Source: Chloroflexota bacterium
GTDB taxonomy: Bacteria; Chloroflexota; Limnocylindria; Limnocylindrales; CSP1-4
Direction of reading: 5' to 3'
Length of the DNA: 35,352 nucleotides
NCBI GenBank assembly: GCA_037147135.1
Contig: JBAWVU010000001.1
Coordinates: 1 to 35,352 of the forward strand
Below, piece by piece: positions 8,518 to 16,771 of this stretch. Both the position numbers and the translations under genes were made by a program. How positions within the stretch are numbered: the first letter of the stretch is position 1; every line of letters begins with the position of its first letter. Below the pieces are notes generated by a model. The model saw nothing but the letters and a program-made list of their open reading frames with translations, searched no databases and was not told where the DNA came from.

Positions 8518-10096
8518 TGCCGGCTGCGTCGAGGGCGGCTTCGGTGACCGCCGTCGGCTCGTCGTCGCCGGCCACGTTGCCGGTCGCGGCGAACATCACC
8601 CGCTCCTGGGTCGCGAGAGCACGCGGGATCTCGGCCGTCATCCGCCCCTCGTGGAGGACGAGGATCCGGTCGGACATTGCGAGCACTTCCGGCAGGTCGC
8701 TGGAGATGAGGATGATCCCGAGCCCGGACGCTGCCAGCTCGGAGATGATCCGGTGGACCTCGACCTTGGCGCCGATGTCGATCCCGCGCGTGGGCTCGTC
8801 CAGGATCAGGACCTTGGGCCCGGAGGCCAGCCACTTCGCCAGCACGACCTTCTGCTGGTTGCCGCCAGACAGCGCCTCGACGAGCTGATCGACCCCGGTC
8901 ATCCTCACGTTGAGCTGTTCCGTGTACCCGGATGCGACCTTGCGCTCCGTGGCGGAGCGGATGAGGAACCGGGGGAACAGGCGCGGCAGGATCGGCAGGG
9001 TCACGTTCTGGGCGATAGAGAAGCCTTCGACGAGGCCCTCCAGGTGGCGGTCCTCGGGGAGGTACGCGATCCCGGAATGCATCGCGGCTGACGGGTTCGC
9101 GAAGTCGACCGGCGCTCCGCCGAGCCGGATCTCGCCGCCGTCGCGCCGGTCGATCCCGAAGAGCACCCTGGCGACCTCAGTGCGACCGGCGCCGACCAGC
9201 CCGGCGAACCCGACGATCTCGCCTGCGCGGACGGAGAACCCCACGTCGCGGAAGGCTCCGGCCTTCGTCAGGCCACTGACCTCGAGGAGGACGTCGCCGA
9301 TCGGCGTCTCGACCTTCGGGAACAGCGACACGGCCCGTCCGACCATGTACCGCACCAGGTCGGCCGTCGTCAGCTCGCTGGTGGCCGTCGTGACCACGTG
9401 CCGGCCGTCCCGGAAGACGGTCGCACGGTCGCACAGGTCGAAGACCTCGACGAGTCGATGGCTCACGAACAGGACGGAGACCCCGCGGTCGCGGAGCCGA
9501 CGGACGATCGTGAACAGGCGCCCCACCTCATGGGCGGAGAGCGAGGCCGTCGGCTCGTCGAGGATGAGGACGCGCGCGTCGAGGGACAGGGACTTCGCGA
9601 TCTCGATGAGCTGCTGGTCGGCCATCGAGAGGCCCCGGACCGGCGCCCCGACGTCGATGTGCACGTCGAGCTCGGCGAACAGTGCCTGCGCCGCCCGGCG
9701 CGTGCCGCCCCAGTCGATCGTGCCGAGGCGACCGGACGGGGCATGCCCGATGAACACGTTCTCGGCGACGGTCAGGTCCGGAAAGAGACGAGGCTCCTGG
9801 TGCACGACCGCGATCCCGAGCGAGCGCGAGTGGGCGGGGCCGTGGATCTGCGTCGCCTCGCCGTCGAGCAGGATCGTCCCGCTGTCGGCTTGATAGACGC
9901 CGGCGAGGACTTTGACCAGCGTGCTCTTCCCGGCACCGTTCTCGCCGACGAGGCCGTGGATCTCGCCCGCGCGAAGGTCCATCGAGACGTCCGTCAGGGC
10001 GGCGGTCGCCCCGAAGTGCTTGGATATCCCGCGGAGCTCGACGCGGGGAAGGGTCGGAGCGGCCGGCGTGGCCGCGAGGGCGACCGGGAGTGTCAC
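8501..10096 (-). CDS. rhaT: Rhamnose/sugar ABC transporter ATP-binding protein (duplicated ATPase, CUT2 type)
   Basis: Trimmed to GTG 10096 (VTLPVALAATPAAPTLPRVELRGISKHFG...), which overlaps the regulator stop as GTGA. Walker [10 protein letters not shown], signature-like LSMADQQLIEIAK and [13 protein letters not shown], Walker B LILDEPT twice. Confidence 0.85.
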   Translation of the reverse strand: MTLPVALAATPAAPTLPRVELRGISKHFGATAALTDVSMDLRAGEIHGLVGENGAGKSTLVKVLAGVYQADSGTILLDGEATQIHGPAHSRSLGIAVVHQEPRLFPDLTVAENVFIGHAPSGRLGTIDWGGTRRAAQALFAELDVHIDVGAPVRGLSMADQQLIEIAKSLSLDARVLILDEPTASLSAHEVGRLFTIVRRLRDRGVSVLFVSHRLVEVFDLCDRATVFRDGRHVVTTATSELTTADLVRYMVGRAVSLFPKVETPIGDVLLEVSGLTKAGAFRDVGFSVRAGEIVGFAGLVGAGRTEVARVLFGIDRRDGGEIRLGGAPVDFANPSAAMHSGIAYLPEDRHLEGLVEGFSIAQNVTLPILPRLFPRFLIRSATERKVASGYTEQLNVRMTGVDQLVEALSGGNQQKVVLAKWLASGPKVLILDEPTRGIDIGAKVEVHRIISELAASGLGIILISSDLPEVLAMSDRILVLHEGRMTAEIPRALATQERVMFAATGNVAGDDEPTAVTEAALDAAGSGLDG

Positions 10097-10980
10097 GCGA
10101 CGACCTCGCGCCCGATGGCGGAGTGCGACCGCTCGCGGGCGGAGCCGGACCGCCCGAGGGCCGCTGCGGGGCGTCCGGCCCCGGCGTCGTCGCCCGGCCC
10201 GATCTCCAGGACCTCGGTGCCTGCCGCGGTGAGGGCCGCGACCATGTCCGCCGGTGCCTCGCCGTCCGTGAACACCCCGGTGAGCCGGTCCGCCCGGCAG
10301 AACGTCGCCGACGCCACGCGGCCCCACTTCGTGTGGTCCACGACGGCGTAGACCTCCCGGGCCGCGGCGACCATCGACCGCTTGATCTGGGCCTCCTCCT
10401 CCATCGCGTCCGAGAGGCCGGCCTCGATCGTGAACCCGGCGGCGCCAAGGAACGCCTTCTGCACGTTCACCCGGCGGAAGACGCCGCCGCCCAGGGGGCC
10501 GACCACCGACAGGGCCTCCCAGCGGACCCGGCCGCCCAGCATGAGGACGGTGATGCCCGGGTGACCCGCCAGCTCAGACGCGATTCGGATGCTGTTCGTC
10601 ACGACGGTCAGCCCGTGCCAGGTCTCACGGGCCTTGAGGTGGCGGGCGACGCTCAGGGCCGAGGTGCTGGCGTCGAGCACGATGCTCTCGCCGTCGACGA
10701 CGCGGGCCGCAGCGACGGCTCCCATCCGGAGCTTCTCGCTGCGCTGGAGGCGTTCCCGGAGCTCGAAGGCGAGCTCCGGCCGATCGTCGGGCGGGGCGAT
10801 CGCGCCTCCGTGGGTGCGGATGACGCGGCGTTCGCCTTCAAGGATCAGGAGGTCCTTGCGGATCGTGACAGCGGAGACGCCGAAACGCCCGGCGAGATCG
10901 GTCACCCTGGCGCGCCGGTCGTCCTCGACGATCCGCGCGATCCGATGCTGGCGCTCCCGCGCGAACACGCCATCGGGCAC
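10093..10980 (-). CDS. rhaR: DeoR-family transcriptional regulator (probable rhamnose repressor)
   Basis: HTH ERQHRIARIVEDDRRARVTDLAGRFGVSAVTIRKDL, then a DeoR C-terminal sugar-phosphate sensor domain (VLDASTSALSVARHL...VVTNS...). I chose GTG 10980 because the shared operator-like motif (11036-11059) would otherwise be inside the gene. ATG 11061 and the track start 11127 are alternatives. Confidence 0.75.
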   Translation of the reverse strand: MPDGVFARERQHRIARIVEDDRRARVTDLAGRFGVSAVTIRKDLLILEGERRVIRTHGGAIAPPDDRPELAFELRERLQRSEKLRMGAVAAARVVDGESIVLDASTSALSVARHLKARETWHGLTVVTNSIRIASELAGHPGITVLMLGGRVRWEALSVVGPLGGGVFRRVNVQKAFLGAAGFTIEAGLSDAMEEEAQIKRSMVAAAREVYAVVDHTKWGRVASATFCRADRLTGVFTDGEAPADMVAALTAAGTEVLEIGPGDDAGAGRPAAALGRSGSARERSHSAIGREVVA

Positions 10981-11035
10981 GTCGGCGGCTTTCGGGCTCA
11001 AGGCATCTCGCTCCGGCTGGAGAACAGCCTTCGGT

Positions 11036-11059
11036 TGGTTGCGATTGCGCACACATTGC
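11036..11059 (-). promoter_or_regulatory. Candidate DeoR (RhaR) operator upstream of rhaR-rhaTPQS
   Basis: tggttgcgatt (11036-11046) is identical to 2018-2028. [A/G]TTGC is repeated at 11038-42, 11044-48 and 11055-59 (the last two 11 bp apart). It lies 56-79 nt upstream of the proposed GTG start. Confidence 0.4.
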
Positions 11060-11368
11060 ATCGGAACTGTGCCGAATGTCAAACCGACGTGACCATGTGT
11101 CGCCGCCCCGACCTCCGTCCGCGGCACGCCGCAGCCCGCGCCCGCATCCTCTCGGCGGAGACGCGACCGCGACCCGGTTCAGCGGCCCAGGTCCCGGCCA
11201 CGGCGTCCCCGGAGCGCCCCCGCGAGCCGCGCCCCGGCCTCGGTATCAGGCGTCGATCCAGCCACGGCGACTACGCGTGCGCGGGCCCCCTCGCCTGCCG
11301 GCGCGCCCGGGGCCCGAGCCGGCGTGAGACGCGCGGGGGCATTGACAGGGGGGCTAATCTTCGAGTGT

Positions 11369-11380
11369 GTTATCGATAAC
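11369..11380. promoter_or_regulatory. Candidate LacI-family operator in front of the fucose-type ABC operon
   Basis: Perfect 12-bp palindrome gttatcgataac with a central CG, the classic LacI/GalR operator architecture. It lies 92 nt upstream of ATG 11472. A TTGACA hexamer at 11342-11347 and a TAATCT (TANNNT) hexamer at 11355-11360 lie just upstream. Confidence 0.5.
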
Positions 11381-11471
11381 CCACATCGAGACACCCGCGC
11401 GTTCCCCGCGGACCCGGCACCTGGTCCTGGACATGTCGAACCAGCCCACGCGACCCTAGGGAGAACGGGCG

Positions 11472-12986
11472 ATGGCTGAGCCCCTGGTCGAGATGACCGG
11501 CATCAGCAAGAGCTTCCCCGGCGTCCGCGCGCTTGACGACTGCCGTTTCGAGCTCCTCCCCGGCGAGGTCCATGCCCTGGTCGGCGAGAACGGAGCCGGC
11601 AAGTCCACGCTGATGAACATCCTCGCGGGCATCTACCACCGGGATGCCGGCACGATCCGGGTCAAGGGCCAGGAGGTCGAGGTCGCCTCGCCTCGGGCCG
11701 CGCAGAACCTCGGGATCAGCATCATCCACCAGGAGCTCAACCTCATGGGCCACCTTACGGTGGCCCAGAACATCTTCATCGGGCGCGAGCCGCGCGGCGT
11801 GGCGCCCTTCGTCCTTGACGAGAAGCGTCTCAACGCGAAGACCCGTGAGCTCCTCGAGACACTCCACATCAAGCTCGACCCACGCGCCCGCGTATCCAGC
11901 CTCGCGGTCGCCCAGCAGCAGATGGTCGAGATCGCGAAGGCGCTCTCGTTCAACTCGGACGTGCTCATCATGGACGAGCCGACGGCGGCCCTCACCGATA
12001 CCGAGATCGACGAGCTCTTCGGGATCATCCGCCACCTCCGCGAGCGCGGGGCGGGGATCGTGCACATCTCGCATCGCCTCGAGGAGCTGAAGCAGATCTC
12101 GGACCGCGTGACCGTGATGCGCGACGGCCGATACATCGACACCCTCAGGACCGCCGAGGCGGATATCGGGTCGATCATCAGCATGATGGTCGGCCGGACG
12201 ATCTTCGATGCGACCCCGGAGCTTCCGGAGCACCCCGACCCGGACGTCGTCCTCGAGGTGCGCGACCTCAACCGGGGCCGGGTGGTCCGGGACGTCAGCT
12301 TCCAGCTGCACCGGGGCGAGATCCTCGGCTTCTCCGGCCTCGTGGGAGCGGGCCGCACGGAGGTGGTCCGCGCCGTCTTCGGCGCCGATCCCCACGACTC
12401 GGGGGAGATCCTTGTCCACGGGAAGCCGGTCACCATCCGGACCCCGGCGGACGCGGTCGCCCACGGCATCGGCTACCTCTCCGAGGACCGCAAGCAGTAC
12501 GGGCTCGCCCTCAAGATGGACGTCGAGGCCAACGTCGTGCTCGCCTCCCTGCGCCGCTTCACCGGCCGGCTGGGCCTGATCAAGTTCGGCCGCACCAGGG
12601 CGGTCGCCGAAGAGCGCGTCAAGAGCCTGGCGATCAAGACGCCGAGCATCGCCCAGCGGGTCCGGAACCTCTCGGGCGGGAACCAGCAGAAGGTCGTCAT
12701 CGCCAAGTGGCTCACGGCCGAGACGGAGATCCTCATCTTCGACGAGCCGACCCGCGGCATCGACGTCGGCGCCAAGAGCGAGATCTACCGGCTCCTCAAC
12801 GACCTCGCCCAGCAGGGCCGGTCGATCATCATGATCTCGTCCGAGCTCCCCGAGATCCTGCGCATGAGTCACCGCATCCTCGTGATGTGCGAGGGGCGGA
12901 TCACGGGCGAACTCAGCTCGGCTGAGGCGACCCAGGAGAAGATCATGACCCTCGCGACCCAGCGCGAAGCCATCGCCGCGGCGTAG
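11472..12986 (+). CDS. Sugar ABC transporter ATP-binding protein (duplicated ATPase, ribose/xylose/fucose CUT2 type)
   Basis: 504 aa, with RBS agggaga upstream. [49 protein letters not shown]. Confidence 0.9.
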   Translation: MAEPLVEMTGISKSFPGVRALDDCRFELLPGEVHALVGENGAGKSTLMNILAGIYHRDAGTIRVKGQEVEVASPRAAQNLGISIIHQELNLMGHLTVAQNIFIGREPRGVAPFVLDEKRLNAKTRELLETLHIKLDPRARVSSLAVAQQQMVEIAKALSFNSDVLIMDEPTAALTDTEIDELFGIIRHLRERGAGIVHISHRLEELKQISDRVTVMRDGRYIDTLRTAEADIGSIISMMVGRTIFDATPELPEHPDPDVVLEVRDLNRGRVVRDVSFQLHRGEILGFSGLVGAGRTEVVRAVFGADPHDSGEILVHGKPVTIRTPADAVAHGIGYLSEDRKQYGLALKMDVEANVVLASLRRFTGRLGLIKFGRTRAVAEERVKSLAIKTPSIAQRVRNLSGGNQQKVVIAKWLTAETEILIFDEPTRGIDVGAKSEIYRLLNDLAQQGRSIIMISSELPEILRMSHRILVMCEGRITGELSSAEATQEKIMTLATQREAIAAA

Positions 12987-13034
12987 CAGACCAGCCGCGA
13001 ACCCCGCCGGGACCCAGGACGAGGCAGCACTTCG

Positions 13035-14021
13035 ATGCAGACGACCACGGCGAAGGGACAGTCGCGGGCGCGGGCGCTGGCCAGCGGCGACTCGGTGCAG
13101 CGCCTCCTGGCGCTCGGAGCGCTCCTCATCCTGCTCGCCTTCTTCTCGGTCATCTCGGAGCCGTTCCGGACGCCGGACAACTACGTCTCCATCCTCGTCG
13201 CGACCGCCGTGAACGGCGTGCTGGCGATGGGCGTCACGTTCGTCATCATCACCGGCGGCATCGACCTCTCCGTCGGCACGAACATGACCTTCTGCTCGGT
13301 GATCCTCGGCCTGGTGGTCACGAACGCGGGCTTCCCGCTCTGGATCGGCATCCCCTGCGCGCTCGCGGCGGGCGCCCTCGTGGGCGCGGTGAACGGCACC
13401 CTCATCGCGAAGGCCAAGATCCCGCCGTTCATCGCCACCCTGGGCATGCTCAATGTCTGCCGCGGGCTGGCCCAGATCCTCTCGGACGTCAAGCCGATCT
13501 ACTTCGAGGGCACCCCGCAGTTCTACGAGCTCTTCATGGGCAAGTCGCTTTTCGGCATCCCGAATGTAGTCTTCATCATGTTCGGGGCCGGGATCCTCGC
13601 CCACCTGGTCCTCACGAGGACGACCCTCGGTCGGTACACCTTCGCCCTCGGCTCCAACGAGGAGGCCACCCGCCTCTCCGGCGTCAACGTCGATGGTTGG
13701 AAGATCGCGGTCTACGGTGTGGGCGGCCTCTTCGCCGGCCTCGGCGGCATCCTCATCGCAGCGCGCATGACCTCCGCCCAGCCCTCGGTCGGCATGGGCT
13801 ACGAGCTCGACGCCATCGCGGCGGCTGTCATCGGAGGCACCTCGCTGAGCGGCGGCGAGGGCAGCATCGTGGGCACGATCATCGGGGCCTTCATCATCAG
13901 CACCCTGACGATCGGCCTTTCCATCCTCGGAGTACCCGACCAGTGGAAGCTGGTCATCACGGGCCTCGTCGTCATCGGCGCGGTCTGGCTCGACGTCCTT
14001 CGACGCCGCGGTCGCGCGTAG
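13035..14021 (+). CDS. Sugar ABC transporter permease (RbsC-like)
   Basis: 328 aa, hydrophobic. GGIDLSVGTNM, TLGRYTFALGSNEEATRLSGV, IGGTSLSGGEGSIVGT. Confidence 0.9.
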   Translation: MQTTTAKGQSRARALASGDSVQRLLALGALLILLAFFSVISEPFRTPDNYVSILVATAVNGVLAMGVTFVIITGGIDLSVGTNMTFCSVILGLVVTNAGFPLWIGIPCALAAGALVGAVNGTLIAKAKIPPFIATLGMLNVCRGLAQILSDVKPIYFEGTPQFYELFMGKSLFGIPNVVFIMFGAGILAHLVLTRTTLGRYTFALGSNEEATRLSGVNVDGWKIAVYGVGGLFAGLGGILIAARMTSAQPSVGMGYELDAIAAAVIGGTSLSGGEGSIVGTIIGAFIISTLTIGLSILGVPDQWKLVITGLVVIGAVWLDVLRRRGRA

Positions 14022-14111
14022 CGGCCGGCGCCACCCTTACCCCGGGCCACACGCCGGCCCCGAGCCATCGAGGTCGGCAGATCGGTCAAGTCTCACGCAC
14101 GGAGGAGAGCA

Positions 14112-15110
14112 ATGAGGTTCACGCGGATCTCCGGCCTGGCGGCCGGAGGCATGGCGCTCGCCCTGGTGGTCGGCGCATGCAGCAGCAGCAGCAGCCCGGC
14201 CCCGTCGAGCGGCGCCGCTGCGAGCGCCGGCACGGGGAGCGCGCCGTACATCGCCATCGTCTCGAAGGGCTCCCAGCACCAGTTCTGGCAGGCCGTCCAG
14301 AAGGGCGCCACTGATGAGGCGGCGGCCAAGGGCGCGACGATCACCTACGAAGGCCCTGCGTCCGAGTCCGAGGTCGACAAGCAGCTCACCATGCTGCAGA
14401 CGGCCCTCGACAAGCATCCGCAGGCGATCTGCTTCGCTGCCCTCGACAGCAAGGCTGCGACCCCGCTCCTCGAGAAGGCAAAGGCGGCCGGGATCCCGGT
14501 GGTCGGGTTCGACTCGGGCGTCGACAGCACCATCCCGGTGACCACCGTCGCCACGGACAACATCGCGGCCGCCGCCGTCGCAGCCGACCAGATGGCGACC
14601 GCCATCGGCGGGTCCGGCAAGGTGGCCCTCATCGTCCACGACCAGACCAGCCAGACGGGCCAGACCCGGCGCGACGGCTTCGTGAACCAGATCAAGGCCA
14701 AGTACCCGAACATCCAGATCGTCGACATCCAGTACGGCGCCGGTGACCCGGTCAAGTCGGCCGACATCGCCAAGGCGATCATGACTGCGAACCCCGACCT
14801 GAAGGGCTTCTTCGGCGCCAACGAGGGCTCCATCAAGGGCGTCCTCAACGCGCTCAAGGAGACCGGCAAGGAGAACTCGGTCATCGCGATCGGCTACGAC
14901 TCCGGCCAGCAGCAGATCGACGCGATCAACGCCGGCGTCGAGTACGGCGCGATCACCCAGAACCCGGTCGGCATCGGCGCCAAGTGCGTCGACGCCGCGC
15001 TCGATGCGATCGCCGGCAAGACCCTGCCCAAGACCATCGACACCGGCTTCTACTGGTACGACAAGACCAACATCAATGATCCGAACATCCAGGCGGTCCT
15101 CTACAAGTAG
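14112..15110 (+). CDS. Sugar ABC transporter substrate-binding lipoprotein (RbsB-like)
   Basis: RBS ggaggag. Lipobox LVVGAC followed by a Ser-rich linker. PBP type I body (IAIVSKGSQHQFWQAV...VVGFDSGV...IGYDSGQQQIDAI). Confidence 0.9.
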   Translation: MRFTRISGLAAGGMALALVVGACSSSSSPAPSSGAAASAGTGSAPYIAIVSKGSQHQFWQAVQKGATDEAAAKGATITYEGPASESEVDKQLTMLQTALDKHPQAICFAALDSKAATPLLEKAKAAGIPVVGFDSGVDSTIPVTTVATDNIAAAAVAADQMATAIGGSGKVALIVHDQTSQTGQTRRDGFVNQIKAKYPNIQIVDIQYGAGDPVKSADIAKAIMTANPDLKGFFGANEGSIKGVLNALKETGKENSVIAIGYDSGQQQIDAINAGVEYGAITQNPVGIGAKCVDAALDAIAGKTLPKTIDTGFYWYDKTNINDPNIQAVLYK

Positions 15111-15174
15111 AGGGTCCCGCGTCTGACCTCGTGTCACGACCGGGGCCAGGCGAGGACTCCTTGGGGATCACCGG

Positions 15175-16236
15175 ATGAGCACGATCAGCGACGTCGCGCG
15201 GCGGGCCGGCGTATCCGCCATGACCGTCTCGCGCGTCGTCAACAACTCCGGGTATGTGAGCCACGAGACCCGTGCGCGGGTGGTAGCCGCGATCGCGGAG
15301 CTCGGCTACGTCCCCAACGCCCTCGCCAGGCAGTTGCGATCCAAGCGTACGAAGACGCTCGCCCTCGTCGTGTCGGACATCTCGAACCCGTTCTTCACCA
15401 CGATCGCCCGCGGCGTCGAGGATGTCGCCGTCCGGCACGGGTTCTCAGTCATGTACTGCAACACGGACGAATCCGAGACCGAGGAGGCGCAATACCTCCT
15501 CATGCTCATCGAGCGCCACGTGGATGGCGTGCTGCTCGTCCCCGCCGGGAGCTCCGGCACGTCCTTCCGGTTGCTGCAGGCCCACGGGATGCCGCTGGTC
15601 GTGCTCGACCGCCGCCTCGCGACGCGCCGCGTCGACAGCGTGCGCTGCGACTCGGAGGCGGGTGCCCACGCGTTGACGCGCCACCTCATCGAGCTCGGGC
15701 ACCGCAGGATCGCGGTGCTCACCGGCCGGCGCGCGATCTCCACCTCCGTCGACCGCGTCGCCGGCTGCCGCCGCGCCCTCGAGGAGGCGGGGCTGGCCCT
15801 CGACGACGATCTCGTTTTCTACGGCGGCTACAACTTCGGCAACCTCAACCAGGCCGACGGTCATTGCATGGCAGAGAAGCTGCTCGCCTCGACGTCGGAC
15901 CGACCGACCGCGATCTTCGCCGCGAACAACTTCATCGCGTTCGGCGCGATCCGTGCCCTCCGCGAGGCCCGGCTCCGGGTCCCGGAAGACATGTCGATCG
16001 TGGCCTTCGACGACCTGCCCGTGGAGTGGGTGAACGATCCATTCCTCACCGTCGCCACGCAGCCTGCCTACGAGATCGGGCGCCGCGCAGCCGCGATGCT
16101 GCTGGAGCACCTCTCCGGCGAGCGCGCCGCCGGGGGCGAGGACGTGGTCCTCCCGTTCGACCTCATCATCCGGCGTTCCAGCGCTCCGCCGCGCGTCGCC
16201 CCCGAGGCGGTCGCGCTGGTGGGAGCCGTCGGATGA
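15175..16236 (+). CDS. LacI-family transcriptional regulator (paralogue 1)
   Basis: MSTISDVARRAGVSAMTVSRVVNNSGYVSHETRARVVAAIAELGYVPNALARQLR is a canonical LacI HTH. A PBP-like effector domain follows. Confidence 0.9.
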   Translation: MSTISDVARRAGVSAMTVSRVVNNSGYVSHETRARVVAAIAELGYVPNALARQLRSKRTKTLALVVSDISNPFFTTIARGVEDVAVRHGFSVMYCNTDESETEEAQYLLMLIERHVDGVLLVPAGSSGTSFRLLQAHGMPLVVLDRRLATRRVDSVRCDSEAGAHALTRHLIELGHRRIAVLTGRRAISTSVDRVAGCRRALEEAGLALDDDLVFYGGYNFGNLNQADGHCMAEKLLASTSDRPTAIFAANNFIAFGAIRALREARLRVPEDMSIVAFDDLPVEWVNDPFLTVATQPAYEIGRRAAAMLLEHLSGERAAGGEDVVLPFDLIIRRSSAPPRVAPEAVALVGAVG

Positions 16237-16282
16237 CCGGCCCGCGCCCGTGTTCGGCCCCGACCGCTTGCAGGAGCTCACG

Positions 16283-16702
16283 ATGCTGAAGACCCGCCTG
16301 CTCCACCCCGCGATCCTGGAGGCGCTCGGCGAGGCCGGCCACGGCGCCCAGGTCCTCATCGCGGACGGCAACTATCCCCTGCTGACCCGGTCGAACGAGG
16401 CCGCCCACCGCGTCTACCTGAACCTGGCGCCGGGCCTCCTCACCGTCACGGACGTCCTTGGGGTGCTGATCGACGCGATCCCGATCGAGGCGGCGCACGT
16501 GATGGCCCCCGACAGCGGCGAGGAGCCCGGCATCTTCGCCGAGTTCCGCGAGATGCTGCCAGGCACCCCGCTCCAGGGGCTCGGGCGCTTCGGGTTCTAC
16601 GACATGGCGCGCGGCCCCGACCTGGCGCTTGCCATCGCCACCGGCGAGCAGCGGATCTACGCCAACCTCCTCCTGACGATCGGCGTGGTGATGCCCGAGT
16701 AG
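16283..16702 (+). CDS. fucU: L-fucose mutarotase (RbsD/FucU family)
   Basis: Trimmed to ATG 16283, preceded by aggag. MLKTRLLHPAILEALGEAGHGAQVLIADGNYP...ATGEQRIYANLLLTIGVV parallels E. coli FucU (MLKT...GHGDEI...TGERAKYGNILLKKGV). It lies immediately upstream of fucI. Confidence 0.85.
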   Translation: MLKTRLLHPAILEALGEAGHGAQVLIADGNYPLLTRSNEAAHRVYLNLAPGLLTVTDVLGVLIDAIPIEAAHVMAPDSGEEPGIFAEFREMLPGTPLQGLGRFGFYDMARGPDLALAIATGEQRIYANLLLTIGVVMPE

Positions 16703-16771
16703 CGGTCGGCTGGACCAGGCGGCGCTCGCTCGCTGCCGCGGTGCACACCATTCGGACGAGAGAGGGACCCG

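Noticed and set aside
11076-11394. Small ORFs (83 aa plus strand, 71 aa minus strand) in the long rhaR/ABC intergenic region
   Set aside because: Pro/Arg/Ala-rich, with no RBS and no recognisable domain. Most likely non-coding, though a decayed gene cannot be excluded without a search.
11370-13604. 744-aa minus-strand ORF
   Set aside because: It is antisense to the ABC ATPase and permease genes. It has no motifs and shows the high-GC shadow-frame composition.
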